Positions 1-8,840 of a stretch of DNA of 64,000 nucleotides are shown here, piece by piece (the stretch's first letter is position 1; each line of letters starts with the position of its first letter). Location: positions 213,132 through 277,131 of IMG/VR virus record IMGVR_UViG_3300001782_000005. One strand, written 5' to 3'. The position numbers and the translations under genes are program-made. The notes beneath the pieces are model-generated. The model made no database searches. It was not told the origin of the DNA and saw only the letters and a list, made by a program, of their open reading frames with translations.

Positions 1-39
1 AGATCAGCAGGTATTTCAAATTATATTATTGATATTCCT

Positions 40-879
40 GTGGTAATTCAAAGACCTGGCGAGAAAAAAAGAACACAGTCATTTCCATACTCTCTCAATT
101 ATAAACCAGACCCTCTTGACATGAGAGATTATAGAATTTCTAAACTTATTGATAAACCACTCTCTTATTCTCTATCCGTAGATCACACAAGTAAAATGTC
201 TCCAGTAAAAGATCAAGGTCAAAAAGGTTCTTGCGTTGGTTTTGCAGTTGTTGCGATGAAAGAATGGCAAGAACAAAAAGAACATATTAATGAAATAATA
301 AAGGGAAAGGTATATAGAAGGAAAGCTAAACACTACGATTTATCAGAGCAATGGTTATATCATAAGACAAAAGAAATTGATGCTTGGCCAAACCAAGAGG
401 GTACAAGTTTTAGATATGCTCTTAAGATTCTTCAAAAAATGGGAGTTCCGCCTGAAAAAGCATGGCCATATAGTGATAGAACTTTAGGTAGTCCAAAAAG
501 GTGGGCTAAAATGATTGCCCTTTGGACTATGTGTGGTCACTATTATAGACTAGAAGGCATAAAGCAGATTGAATGGACATTGAGTAATATTGGACCATGT
601 GTTGCTGGGATTGGTTGCTATGAAGAGATATTCTTCGTTGGTAATGATGGATATGTGCCATATCCAGCAAGATCAGATATCCTCTATGGTGGTCATGCCA
701 TATGTCTCGTTGGTTATGATTCTAAAAAGAAATTAGTTAAATTTAAGAATTCATGGGGAACAAATTGGGGAGAAAAGGGTTACGGTTATCTCTCTTATGA
801 TTATATCAATGATTTCTGTTGGGATGCTTGGGCGGTAAAAGATATTAATGTTACAAAGGAGATGCTTAAAAGCAAATAA
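40..879 (+). CDS. Papain-like (C1A) cysteine peptidase
   Basis: Motifs VKDQGQKGSC (Gln/Cys), GGHAI (His) and FKNSWG (Asn), plus WGEKGYG. Confidence 0.9.
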   Translation: MVIQRPGEKKRTQSFPYSLNYKPDPLDMRDYRISKLIDKPLSYSLSVDHTSKMSPVKDQGQKGSCVGFAVVAMKEWQEQKEHINEIIKGKVYRRKAKHYDLSEQWLYHKTKEIDAWPNQEGTSFRYALKILQKMGVPPEKAWPYSDRTLGSPKRWAKMIALWTMCGHYYRLEGIKQIEWTLSNIGPCVAGIGCYEEIFFVGNDGYVPYPARSDILYGGHAICLVGYDSKKKLVKFKNSWGTNWGEKGYGYLSYDYINDFCWDAWAVKDINVTKEMLKSK

Positions 880-890
880 GAGGTGCTGCT

Positions 891-1559
891 ATGTCACACT
901 TTTTTATTGAAAGTGCAATTATGCAAGAAGCTAAGTTAATGAGAGAAGAACCGGGTAAAGCAATATTTCGTATGGTTCTTCAAACTGCCGATCAAGTCAA
1001 CCAGAATAAGAGGTTATATCCACAAGCTGTCCTAGCTGAGGGAATGAAAGAAGTTGAGAATCGTATGAGTCGACGCGCATTTTTGGGCGAGTTAGATCAC
1101 CCGGTTCCTACAGGAAATCAGTTTGATGAAGTCAGACAAACAACAGTTATGCTAAAAGAGGTATCTCATCTAATTCGTGATTATGATTGGAGGGGGAAGC
1201 AACTAATAGGAGAATTAGAGACGACCAATACTCCCAACGGAGCAATCCTTTTAGGTCTATTAAAAGATCGTTCTGGTATTGGAATGAGTATGAGGGGAAT
1301 GGCATCCTTAAAAAGGATGAGAGAATATAATGAGGTTGAAGGTCCGTTAATGATCATTACTTATGACTCCGTATCCCTACCTAGTCATTCATCTGCAGTA
1401 GTTGACTTTAAAGAGATGAAGTTTGAGAATAAATCTTTGTTAATTGAAAACTGTGATTGTGAAACTGTCTGTACAGCAGACGGTACTTGTTATTTAGCAA
1501 ATTATTTTGATAAATTAGTTGAGACTCGAATGATTCAATTCTTCAAGACTTGGGTATAA
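891..1559 (+). CDS. Prohead (head maturation) protease, T4 gp21-like
   Basis: NQNKRLYP, FLGELDHP, VSH, NTPNG and GMSMRG motifs; lies upstream of the capsid gene. Confidence 0.85.
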   Translation: MSHFFIESAIMQEAKLMREEPGKAIFRMVLQTADQVNQNKRLYPQAVLAEGMKEVENRMSRRAFLGELDHPVPTGNQFDEVRQTTVMLKEVSHLIRDYDWRGKQLIGELETTNTPNGAILLGLLKDRSGIGMSMRGMASLKRMREYNEVEGPLMIITYDSVSLPSHSSAVVDFKEMKFENKSLLIENCDCETVCTADGTCYLANYFDKLVETRMIQFFKTWV

Positions 1560-1611
1560 GATTCTATCTTCCTACTGTTTTCCGCTTAGATAGAATCTGG
1601 GGATTTAGCTT

Positions 1612-1926
1612 ATGCAAATTAAAAAAACTAGTTTAGGTAAAAAGTTAGAACAAAACAAAAATCCATCCTCCGAGAACTTTATCTCGGAAGTCGTAGACAG
1701 AATTTTCCTAATTTGTATGAATGATGAAAATTTTCAAGCACGGGAAAAACTGCAGTCAGTTGAAAACCAAGTTGAAATTCAACAAAAGAAGGTTACTAAA
1801 CAAGAGAACCTTCTAAAAGAAGCAACGAAAATTAGAACCGAAGTAACTGAAAAAATATCTAATATCGAAGAAGAGACGATGAGTCTCAGAGAAATGCTTC
1901 TCGAATCTTTAGGAAGTGAACTATGA
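1612..1926 (+). CDS. Coiled-coil protein, possible scaffold component (true start may be 1717)
   Basis: Charged heptad pattern between protease and capsid genes; a promoter-like motif at 1647 favours the later ATG. Confidence 0.45.
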   Translation: MQIKKTSLGKKLEQNKNPSSENFISEVVDRIFLICMNDENFQAREKLQSVENQVEIQQKKVTKQENLLKEATKIRTEVTEKISNIEEETMSLREMLLESLGSEL

Positions 1927-2339
1927 AAATAGTTGAAACTTCAATTCCTGACGTTGATCTAAAAAACATCAATAAATCGAAATTACATCTTGCTGAAAAA
2001 ATAGTTGAGGGCGTTCATCCTTTACTCGACGATATTTATCGAGAAAAGGCAAATCAACTTGAGGAATTGAAGGAGCGTTATAAAAACCTCAGAAAAAGAA
2101 TTTATAAAGAAAAAGAAGAACTAGAACAATTAATGAAGGAGCACAAGAGAAAGAAGAAGGTGAAAACTCTAGTTGAAAGAATTGCAAAATTGGTTTCAAC
2201 TGGGTTAGTTCATGAAGGGGCTATGAGGAACCAGATGGTGGTTCTTTTAAAAATAGTCGATAATTTATCAGAGGAAAAGTTAAATCATCAGTTGAGAGAA
2301 ATAACAAATATGGTAAGTAAGAGATTTTCAAGAGTGTAG
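1923..2339 (+). CDS. Coiled-coil protein, possible scaffold/core
   Basis: ATGA overlap with the upstream ORF, coiled-coil character, head-module position. Confidence 0.5.
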   Translation: MKIVETSIPDVDLKNINKSKLHLAEKIVEGVHPLLDDIYREKANQLEELKERYKNLRKRIYKEKEELEQLMKEHKRKKKVKTLVERIAKLVSTGLVHEGAMRNQMVVLLKIVDNLSEEKLNHQLREITNMVSKRFSRV

Positions 2340-2369
2340 GACTACATTAATGAGACAAGGAGGTAGTAT

Positions 2370-3824
2370 ATGAAAGAACTCTTAATGGAATGCTACAGGA
2401 CTACGAAGAAGATTTCCGGTATTGATCCATCAAAACCTGGAAATCTGAAGGCCGTACTTGTAGATGATTCCGCGTTTGAGGCTTATGTTACAAGTCTTGC
2501 TGAGTCCATTGAGGATAAGAAAGACCGCAAGAACTTCCTACAATTGGCTGAGAACACCAGGATCAACCTCCTGGAAAATTCAATGTTTCAGATCAACCCA
2601 TATGAAACTTTGACTCTGCCAATTCTGCGCGTGTTTTATCCGAAGCTGATCGCTAAGGAACTTATCACTGTTTCGCCGATGGACAAACCGGAAACAATCA
2701 AGGCCTTCTTGACCGCCACCTTTTACAGACATGGTGACGCAACTGGGTACCCAGCACCCGCGCAGGCCACTGATATTTCGCAGGGTCCAGCTGTTGGTAC
2801 TCCTGTGGCAGCCACGATGCCTGTTCCAAGTAAGGCATACGATGTCCTGGCATTGATCGGTCTAACCAGCACAGAAGTTCACATTGAACGTGACTTCGAA
2901 ATCACCGCTGTTAGCGCGGATGGTACTGCTTGGACCGAAGTTTCAATCATCCCTGCCGTTGAGGGTCACTTCTCTGGCGGAGTAACAGTCACTGGTGTTG
3001 GTGATGACGTAATCTCCGGTAAAGTTGACTATCTCAATGGTACTGTTGACATTTCCAGTGCTACTGGAGTTGTCACCGTTATCAGGTTTACCTGCACTAC
3101 TTCACTTGAAGAGAATAGGGTAAATCCATACGTCAAGCTGAATGTTGACAAGGTACGCCTCTATGCTAGGGATCGCCAGATCTCTGCAAACTGGACGATT
3201 AATATGGAGCAGGACATGAGAGCTCTGTTTGATCTGTCCATGCAGGCTGAAATCGTCAATATCCTTGGTCAACAGATCGCCCTTGACATTGATAGGGAGA
3301 TTATCAATGCCTTGATTACGGGCAACACAAGGCTGAACCCAGCAACTCACCAGGATACCTTCAACCGTACTCCACCTGTAGGATATACTTGGGGTACTAA
3401 GTATTGGCATGAGAATATTATTCCAGTTCTGAATGTGCTGTCTGCCCAGATCTACACAGACACTAATATTGAAGCAGGTAACACCATTGCGGCCAACCCG
3501 CTTGATGTTGCTATTCTGGAAGATATTCAGACTTTCAATTACACTGGAACCTCAACTGTTGACGGTGACTTCGGCTATCGCTCTGCTACTGTTGCAGGTG
3601 GCAAGTGGCGAGTTCTAACCAGTGCCGTTGTTCCACAAGGTACCATGGTCATCGTTTACAAACCAGTGGAAGAACTGAAGGTTGTCTACTACTACTGTCC
3701 ATACGTTCCTGCCGTGTTGCATCCATACCCACTTGGATATACTCCATCTCTGACCATCTTGAGTCGTTATGCGACTTCGTTGGTCAGGCCACTGGGTATT
3801 GCTACACTGACAATTGGAGCGTAA
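2370..3824 (+). CDS. Major capsid protein, T4 gp23-like
   Basis: 484 aa, strong RBS AAGGAGGT, gp23-like motifs (RQISANWTINMEQD, IALDIDREII, YYYCPYVP, SRYA), followed by a terminator. Confidence 0.85.
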   Translation: MKELLMECYRTTKKISGIDPSKPGNLKAVLVDDSAFEAYVTSLAESIEDKKDRKNFLQLAENTRINLLENSMFQINPYETLTLPILRVFYPKLIAKELITVSPMDKPETIKAFLTATFYRHGDATGYPAPAQATDISQGPAVGTPVAATMPVPSKAYDVLALIGLTSTEVHIERDFEITAVSADGTAWTEVSIIPAVEGHFSGGVTVTGVGDDVISGKVDYLNGTVDISSATGVVTVIRFTCTTSLEENRVNPYVKLNVDKVRLYARDRQISANWTINMEQDMRALFDLSMQAEIVNILGQQIALDIDREIINALITGNTRLNPATHQDTFNRTPPVGYTWGTKYWHENIIPVLNVLSAQIYTDTNIEAGNTIAANPLDVAILEDIQTFNYTGTSTVDGDFGYRSATVAGGKWRVLTSAVVPQGTMVIVYKPVEELKVVYYYCPYVPAVLHPYPLGYTPSLTILSRYATSLVRPLGIATLTIGA

Positions 3825-3844
3825 TTCGACAAAAAAATAACAAC

Positions 3845-3886
3845 AAAAATAACCCTCGGGTGATTCACACTCGGGGGTTATTTTTT
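3845..3886. terminator. Bidirectional intrinsic terminator
   Basis: AAAAATAACCCTCGGGTG-loop-CACTCGGGGGTTATTTTTT between convergent genes. Confidence 0.85.
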
Positions 3887-3892
3887 CGTTTT

Positions 3893-4072
3893 TTAGTCTT
3901 TCCATGTTCCTCCCTGTCTCCTCCAAGGAATCATACTCTCTTTAATGAAGGCGACTTTAGGGGAAATTGGTTTTTCCTCAACCTCTTCCTTTTTCTCCTC
4001 TGTAGAAAACCAGGCCAATAGAAAGCAGCACACCATTAATATTAAAGGAAGATAAACTGCAAGATACTTCAT
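3893..4072 (-). CDS. Small membrane protein
   Basis: MKYLAVYLPLILMVCCFLLAWF hydrophobic N-terminus; RBS AAAGGAGG. Confidence 0.55.
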   Translation of the reverse strand: MKYLAVYLPLILMVCCFLLAWFSTEEKKEEVEEKPISPKVAFIKESMIPWRRQGGTWKD

Positions 4073-4212
4073 TAGATCCTCCTTTCTATTTCTGAAATTT
4101 CGATTTCTGGGGGACTTGCATCCCAAAACCAGGTTATTAATCTAAAACCCAAGATGATAAGGATAAGGAGGAGGGAAACCAAAGTGGCAATTAATCCCTT
4201 TAATGTTTTCAT
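4072..4212 (-). CDS. Small membrane protein (46 aa, not in ORF track)
   Basis: Translated by hand as MKTLKGLIATLVSLLLILIILGFRLITWFW...; coupled to neighbours by stop/start overlaps. Confidence 0.5.
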   Translation of the reverse strand: MKTLKGLIATLVSLLLILIILGFRLITWFWDASPPEIEISEIERRI

Positions 4213-4562
4213 TTGATATCCCTCCATCTGATAACACCGGTCTCCTTATCGGGTTTGACGTTTTTCCATTCAATTTTTGATTTCTTGTTATCCTCGGGTA
4301 AGAGATCGAAGATTTCTCTAAAACTTAGAGTCTTTACACCGCTGTCTGAAAAGTAATATAGGACCACCTTATCTAGAGTTCCTCCACGAGTTGCTGCATG
4401 CTTCTTTGCTTCATCGCTTTTAATTAAATTGAGGTACTCCATAGCAACAGCGAGTTTTGACGATAAATATACATGCTCATCTGTTAAGTCCTCAGGTCCC
4501 ATTCTTTTATTGAGACAGAATTCACCAACGACTGCCAAAGCGGCTTCTTTTTTTGTAAGCAT
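4209..4562 (-). CDS. Hypothetical protein
   Basis: ORF with RBS AAGGAGG in a minus-strand operon. Confidence 0.6.
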   Translation of the reverse strand: MLTKKEAALAVVGEFCLNKRMGPEDLTDEHVYLSSKLAVAMEYLNLIKSDEAKKHAATRGGTLDKVVLYYFSDSGVKTLSFREIFDLLPEDNKKSKIEWKNVKPDKETGVIRWRDIK

Positions 4563-4565
4563 AGG

Positions 4566-4868
4566 TTACCCCTCCTTTTTCCCTAACCCACGACAGCAAA
4601 GATCGTGGTAGTTACAATCATCTCTTCCACACACCTCGACAGCTCGTTTGAAGCAATCTTCGAATCCGTTCTTTATCTGCTTTGCTCGTACATAGTCAGT
4701 GATACATTGATCACAGAGACCTCCTGATAGATGGTGGTTATTATTGCCTTTGGTAAAAATCTTATTTATCCATTTTTCTTGCAGATTAAGAAGGAATATT
4801 TTGACGAGGCTATGATTCTCAACGTTAACCGACCAAGTATATTTACATTTTACACATACGTACTTCAT
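4566..4868 (-). CDS. Cys-rich putative zinc-binding protein
   Basis: CxxC pairs; start MKYVCVKC after AAAGGAGG. Confidence 0.6.
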   Translation of the reverse strand: MKYVCVKCKYTWSVNVENHSLVKIFLLNLQEKWINKIFTKGNNNHHLSGGLCDQCITDYVRAKQIKNGFEDCFKRAVEVCGRDDCNYHDLCCRGLGKKEG

Positions 4869-4941
4869 AAATAATAACCTCCTTTCCAAAATGTTTTATC
4901 TTAATAAGTTATATATATAGCAGGAGGTTTTTTATATAACC

Positions 4942-4982
4942 AAAAAAAAGACCTCAAGTATATTAATAACTTGGGGTCTTTA
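4942..4982 (-). terminator. Intrinsic terminator downstream of the tas-like gene
   Basis: AAAAAAAAGACCTCAAGT...ACTTGGGGTCTTT hairpin with a T-tract on the minus strand. Confidence 0.75.
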
Positions 4983-5003
4983 AGGAAAGTGAGAAATGGT
5001 GAC

Positions 5004-6167
5004 TCACCTAGAATGTACGATACCCAATTTTTCTTCTTCATATGGAGCGGATATCGGTAGTCCTTCTAACTCCCTCCACTTCCTCCAGAAGTCAAGAAGA
5101 AATATTTTGAGCATATAGCGAATACTCATATTCTTTATATGGTTATCGCTTATGATATTACTCAAGACAAACTTCTTTGCTTCTTTTAGAGTTGGTTGTT
5201 TTTTCTGTTTTGCCAACCATTTCTTACATAACTCATATTTCTCAGAGTTAATGGTCAGGGTTCCCTCAGAATCATGGGGGTCTTTTTTATAGAGGATTTG
5301 TTTTTGCCTTAGAGCTCTTATGAAGAACTCCCTTCTTCCCTGCATTCTAGTTCTGTAATCATAGAAAATAGGTGAATAAATATTATCTTGCTTACGAAGG
5401 AAACTGGTTGCCAGGACATGGAGTTTTGTTTTTAGGTATGGGGAATATGTTATACTCTTCTTTGTTTTGGTTTTACCAGACTTATCTGTATATTCCCTAT
5501 CGACTAAGTGGTGAGATTTCTTACTTCTACCTTCTCCTCTGACAACCTCTTCACCTTCGATCTCATCTAGAGTCCATACCACGTCAAGACCAGCATAACT
5601 CCAAAATGCGGTGACATGGTTTGCCCTATGAGGATCAAGTTCGCTCACAAGAACGCCGCCCATTGTAGGACCAACTCCTTCAAGTCCTTTCAGGAATTCT
5701 GTCCAGATTGGAAACTCATCAAGAAATTTCTCAATTTGCTTATTGATCTTGTACTCCTGTTTGACAAGAGATATATAGGTGTCAACAAATATAAACATAA
5801 TTTCACCAGAGATTATACCAGGGTGTGCATCCTTCATAATCTTAGGAATCTCTTTCATGTTTATCACAACACCGTCAGTGATTCTCTTGTATTCTCTAGA
5901 GATAAGTCCCATTAACTCTTTTGGGAGACCATAAAGACCTTCTTTCTTTTCTCCCGGTTTTAGTCCAAAGCGACGATATAGATTACCAAGAATCCTATTT
6001 CCCATCCTGATCCTATCCCTCTGAATATCGTCATATCCTCTAATTAATCCTCTCAATTCAATCTTTGGACTCCACAACTCAGGTACAGGTTGCACAGGTA
6101 TGCTAAAACCTCTGCCCTTGAAAACATCTGCGATTGATTTTATAGGTTCTAAAACTTCCTTAGCCAT
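5004..6167 (-). CDS. TIGR-associated (Tas)-like IS110/Nop-fold RNA-binding protein without a recognisable nuclease domain (TasA-like)
   Basis: Coiled coil LRGLIRGYDDIQRDRIRMGNR and IS110/IS116-type core LKGLEGVGPTMGGVLVSELD...FWSYAGL. No N-terminal DEDD RuvC domain and no HNH motif. Directly downstream of the dual-spacer array. Confidence 0.85.
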   Translation of the reverse strand: MAKEVLEPIKSIADVFKGRGFSIPVQPVPELWSPKIELRGLIRGYDDIQRDRIRMGNRILGNLYRRFGLKPGEKKEGLYGLPKELMGLISREYKRITDGVVINMKEIPKIMKDAHPGIISGEIMFIFVDTYISLVKQEYKINKQIEKFLDEFPIWTEFLKGLEGVGPTMGGVLVSELDPHRANHVTAFWSYAGLDVVWTLDEIEGEEVVRGEGRSKKSHHLVDREYTDKSGKTKTKKSITYSPYLKTKLHVLATSFLRKQDNIYSPIFYDYRTRMQGRREFFIRALRQKQILYKKDPHDSEGTLTINSEKYELCKKWLAKQKKQPTLKEAKKFVLSNIISDNHIKNMSIRYMLKIFLLDFWRKWRELEGLPISAPYEEEKLGIVHSR

Positions 6168-6179
6168 AACACTTCTCCT

Positions 6180-7706
6180 TGGTTCACTATATATATATGG
6201 GATTCTTTAATTCGATGGTTCACTCTACGTGCCGGTACGTCTCGATTCTTTGGAATCGGAAACACGCTTCTCTTGGTACACTACAATTTATTGATTTTTC
6301 TTATTCCTTGGTACACTTTTTCTTCTAGATTTTTTAAGAGATATAGGTTCACTCATGTTCGTTGGATACTGCGGACTTCTGGTTCACTCCGGATGTTTGA
6401 ATTTTATCAAATGATGGTTCACTGCCAACAAATGGTTTTTCCTTGCCAATACGGTTCACTTTTGAGTTCTGATTTTTTTGTGCTTGAAGGTCCACTTTAT
6501 AGAAATGGGTTGCTGTAATTACATGGTTTACTAACACCCACAGGATTTCTCCCAATTCTAGGTTCACTTTTTTCTTCGGAATATTCTCCCCCACCTGGTT
6601 CACTTATCGTCTTAGGTTGTTTATCCATTCCGGGTTCACTCGGCAATTGGGTTTTTACTACGTAACTTGGTCCACTCCAACGCGCTGGGTTTCTGCGAGA
6701 GGACGGTTCACTCTTTTTTCAGGTTAATCTCCCCCACTTGGTTCACTCAAATTTTTGGGTTTCTGACATTTTATGGTCCACTCCGTGTCGCTGGATTCCT
6801 CTGCTCCCTGTTGGTTCACTATTCAAAAATTGGTTTTTTTCCTTAGATTGGTTCACTCCGGCGCACTGGGTTTCTGTTGCTGGGTGGTTCACTTGGTGAA
6901 TGTGAATTATTACAGGGGAATGGTCCACTTTATCATATTAGATTTTTTTCGTCGTTGGTTCACTTTGAAAAATGGGTTTGCATGACTTTTTGGGTTCACT
7001 CAGTCATCATGAATAACTGCCTTCAACTGGTTCACTGCAGCTCCCAGGTTTTCTCCGGGCTTATTGGTTCACTGGACTATAATGGTTTAGCTGTAGACTT
7101 TGGTTCACTTTCATGTACGGGATTTTCTAGCCAACGTAGGTACACTCCTTGCATCGGTTACCTGATATGCTATGGTTCACTTAACAATGATGATTTTTTG
7201 TGTCTTTATCTGGTTCACTTTCCAACGATGGGTTACTTCGCCAAAACGGTCCACTCAAAAATCCTGGTCTTCTGGCCTCGCTTGGTTCACACTAATTTCG
7301 GATTGGTACACTCTAAGGTGCCCTGCACCGACTGGTTTTTTACACTTTCCTTGAATGGTTTTCTCGCCCAGACCGGTTCATTCCCGTTTTCTGGTTATTA
7401 TCCTCACTTCTGATTCACTCGCCACGTCTGAGTTTTTTGATCACTACTGGTTCACTTTCGTCATTTGATTTCTGCTCAATTTTGGTTCACTTAAGATTCT
7501 TAGATACTTCTTTATCTTGGTTCACTAGACTGATTGGATTAATTGTACCACAGGTTCACTCGGCGGGTATGAATTTTTCTGGATGCATGGTTCACTCATT
7601 CTGTTTAGATACTGATAAAGTTAGGTTCACTGAGGTTAGGAGGGTTCCTATTTCTCTCCTTTGGTTCACTCTCTCGCTCAGGTAATCTGTTTCACGATGG
7701 TTCACT
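6180..7706 (-). repeat. TIGR-like tandem interspaced guide-RNA array (~42 units, ~36-nt period)
   Basis: About 43 copies of TGGTTCACT (minus strand AGTGAACCA; variants GGTCCACT, GGTACACT), almost all 34-39 nt apart (6181, 6217, 6275, 6310, 6346, 6381 ... 7663, 7699). Each unit is 9-nt spacer + degenerate second repeat (minus strand e.g. AGAAACCCA, AGAATCCCA) + 9-nt spacer. Confidence 0.9.
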
Positions 7707-7723
7707 TTGCAGAATAAATTACT

Positions 7724-7756
7724 AAAAAAAAGTACTCATAACGAGTACCTTTTTTT
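7724..7756. terminator. Bidirectional terminator-like hairpin between the tRNA-like RNA and the array
   Basis: A-tract-GTACTC-ATAAC-GAGTAC-T-tract. Confidence 0.65.
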
Positions 7757-7762
7757 CTAAAG

Positions 7763-7907
7763 GGTGGTAGGGGGTGGGAATCGAACCCAAAGACGGTATT
7801 GGCAGTTGAAAGGAGGAAAGACCGCCAACTTTGGAAAAGAGTCCTCCCGACCGTCTTGGATGGTGGTAGAACAACCATCCAGCATTCCGGTTGCCATTCC
7901 CCCTACC
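7763..7907 (-). ncRNA. tRNA-like structured RNA (~145 nt) with an enlarged variable region
   Basis: 9-bp acceptor stem GGTAGGGGG/CCCCCTACC + ACC; T-arm TGGG-TTCGATT-CCCA; D-like arm; 8-bp stem TGGATGGT/ACCATCCA; AGACGGT/ACCGTCT stem enclosing an anti-SD hairpin. Confidence 0.7.
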
Positions 7908-7945
7908 ATTAGAGTTTCCTGTGTATCTCTCATATGCGCCTCTCT

Positions 7946-8254
7946 CTAATTATAGGAAGAACGGCCTTCGGATTTGCTGTCTATTAGTCCGATATCCGAA
8001 AGTTCCAAATCAATCTCTGCTTCGATTCTTAATAATTCTAACTTATTATGGTACTTTATGTACACTTTTGTGGAAACAATTATTAGTGATATTCCACATA
8101 ATATCGAAATGACTGTAATACTATACCAATAGTATCCCAGTCTACTTACATGGATAAGGAGACCAATGACTGAACCAACAAACATTGATAACAGTCCAGT
8201 TATCCATGCGGCAACAGCTACTGCTGTGAGCACCACGTGTCTAAGTTTAAACAT
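7946..8254 (-). CDS. Membrane protein (2 TM)
   Basis: Hydrophobic segments; purine-rich RBS. Confidence 0.6.
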   Translation of the reverse strand: MFKLRHVVLTAVAVAAWITGLLSMFVGSVIGLLIHVSRLGYYWYSITVISILCGISLIIVSTKVYIKYHNKLELLRIEAEIDLELSDIGLIDSKSEGRSSYN

Positions 8255-8271
8255 AACATCCTCTCCCCTCC

Positions 8272-8445
8272 CTAGAAAACGGAGAAGCCCCCGTCTGTCT
8301 CCTTAGTTATTGTAAAAGTACCATGGTCTCTGGTACCGACTAACCAACTGTTAGAGGTCTTGAGATCAATTTTAATTACTTCAACTTTCTCGTTAAGATG
8401 TCTCCCTATCACATCTTCAAAGACTTTTCTCATGTTAATTAGCAT
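8272..8445 (-). CDS. Small hypothetical protein (57 aa, not in ORF track)
   Basis: Translated by hand as MLINMRKVFEDVIGRHLNEKVEV...; RBS GAGG; fills the operon gap. Confidence 0.45.
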   Translation of the reverse strand: MLINMRKVFEDVIGRHLNEKVEVIKIDLKTSNSWLVGTRDHGTFTITKETDGGFSVF

Positions 8446-8461
8446 ATTATTCCTCTACAAA

Positions 8462-8830
8462 TTAGATGTTGACTCTTGCTTCTCTGATCTTCTTTGACAA
8501 ATATTCCTTATTATTTGTTCTAAAGAAGATATCGAACCATTCATTGTCCAAATTTAAATTACTATAAAAATGACAGACAGTAAGGTTGTTTTGTCTTGCT
8601 CTCATGAGAAATCCACCAAGACTTGTAAGCAACCCTGAGGTTCCAAATGCTTTAGCAGCTTCTTCATCTGTAGTAGGCCACATTTCATTCTTTAATGCCT
8701 CTATTGTAAGTCTGACATTCTCAACATCATCTTCTGTATAGGTAAATACAGAATCAACATGATAAATCAATTCTCCTGTTTCAAGACTTTTACGTTCGTT
8801 AACTCGTAAACCAATTAGGTAGTGATACAT
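8462..8830 (-). CDS. Hypothetical protein
   Basis: ORF with GGAG RBS. Confidence 0.6.
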   Translation of the reverse strand: MYHYLIGLRVNERKSLETGELIYHVDSVFTYTEDDVENVRLTIEALKNEMWPTTDEEAAKAFGTSGLLTSLGGFLMRARQNNLTVCHFYSNLNLDNEWFDIFFRTNNKEYLSKKIREARVNI

Positions 8831-8840
8831 AGCTAACTCC

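Noticed and set aside
5004-6167. Active IS110 transposase / insertion sequence
   Set aside because: No N-terminal DEDD domain or catalytic Ser motif; the adjoining non-coding region is a multi-unit array rather than an IS end.
6273-7685. Track ORFs on both strands inside the array
   Set aside because: Products are just the translated repeat (VH/GS/WFT periodicity) and lack an RBS.
6180-7706. CRISPR array
   Set aside because: Repeats are only ~9 nt and of two alternating kinds, spacers are ~9 nt, and no cas genes are present.
7763-7907. tmRNA, tRNA-Sec or amber suppressor tRNA
   Set aside because: Too short for tmRNA with no G3-U70 pair or tag ORF; no UCA anticodon; the CTA in the loop is not in a canonical 7-nt anticodon loop.
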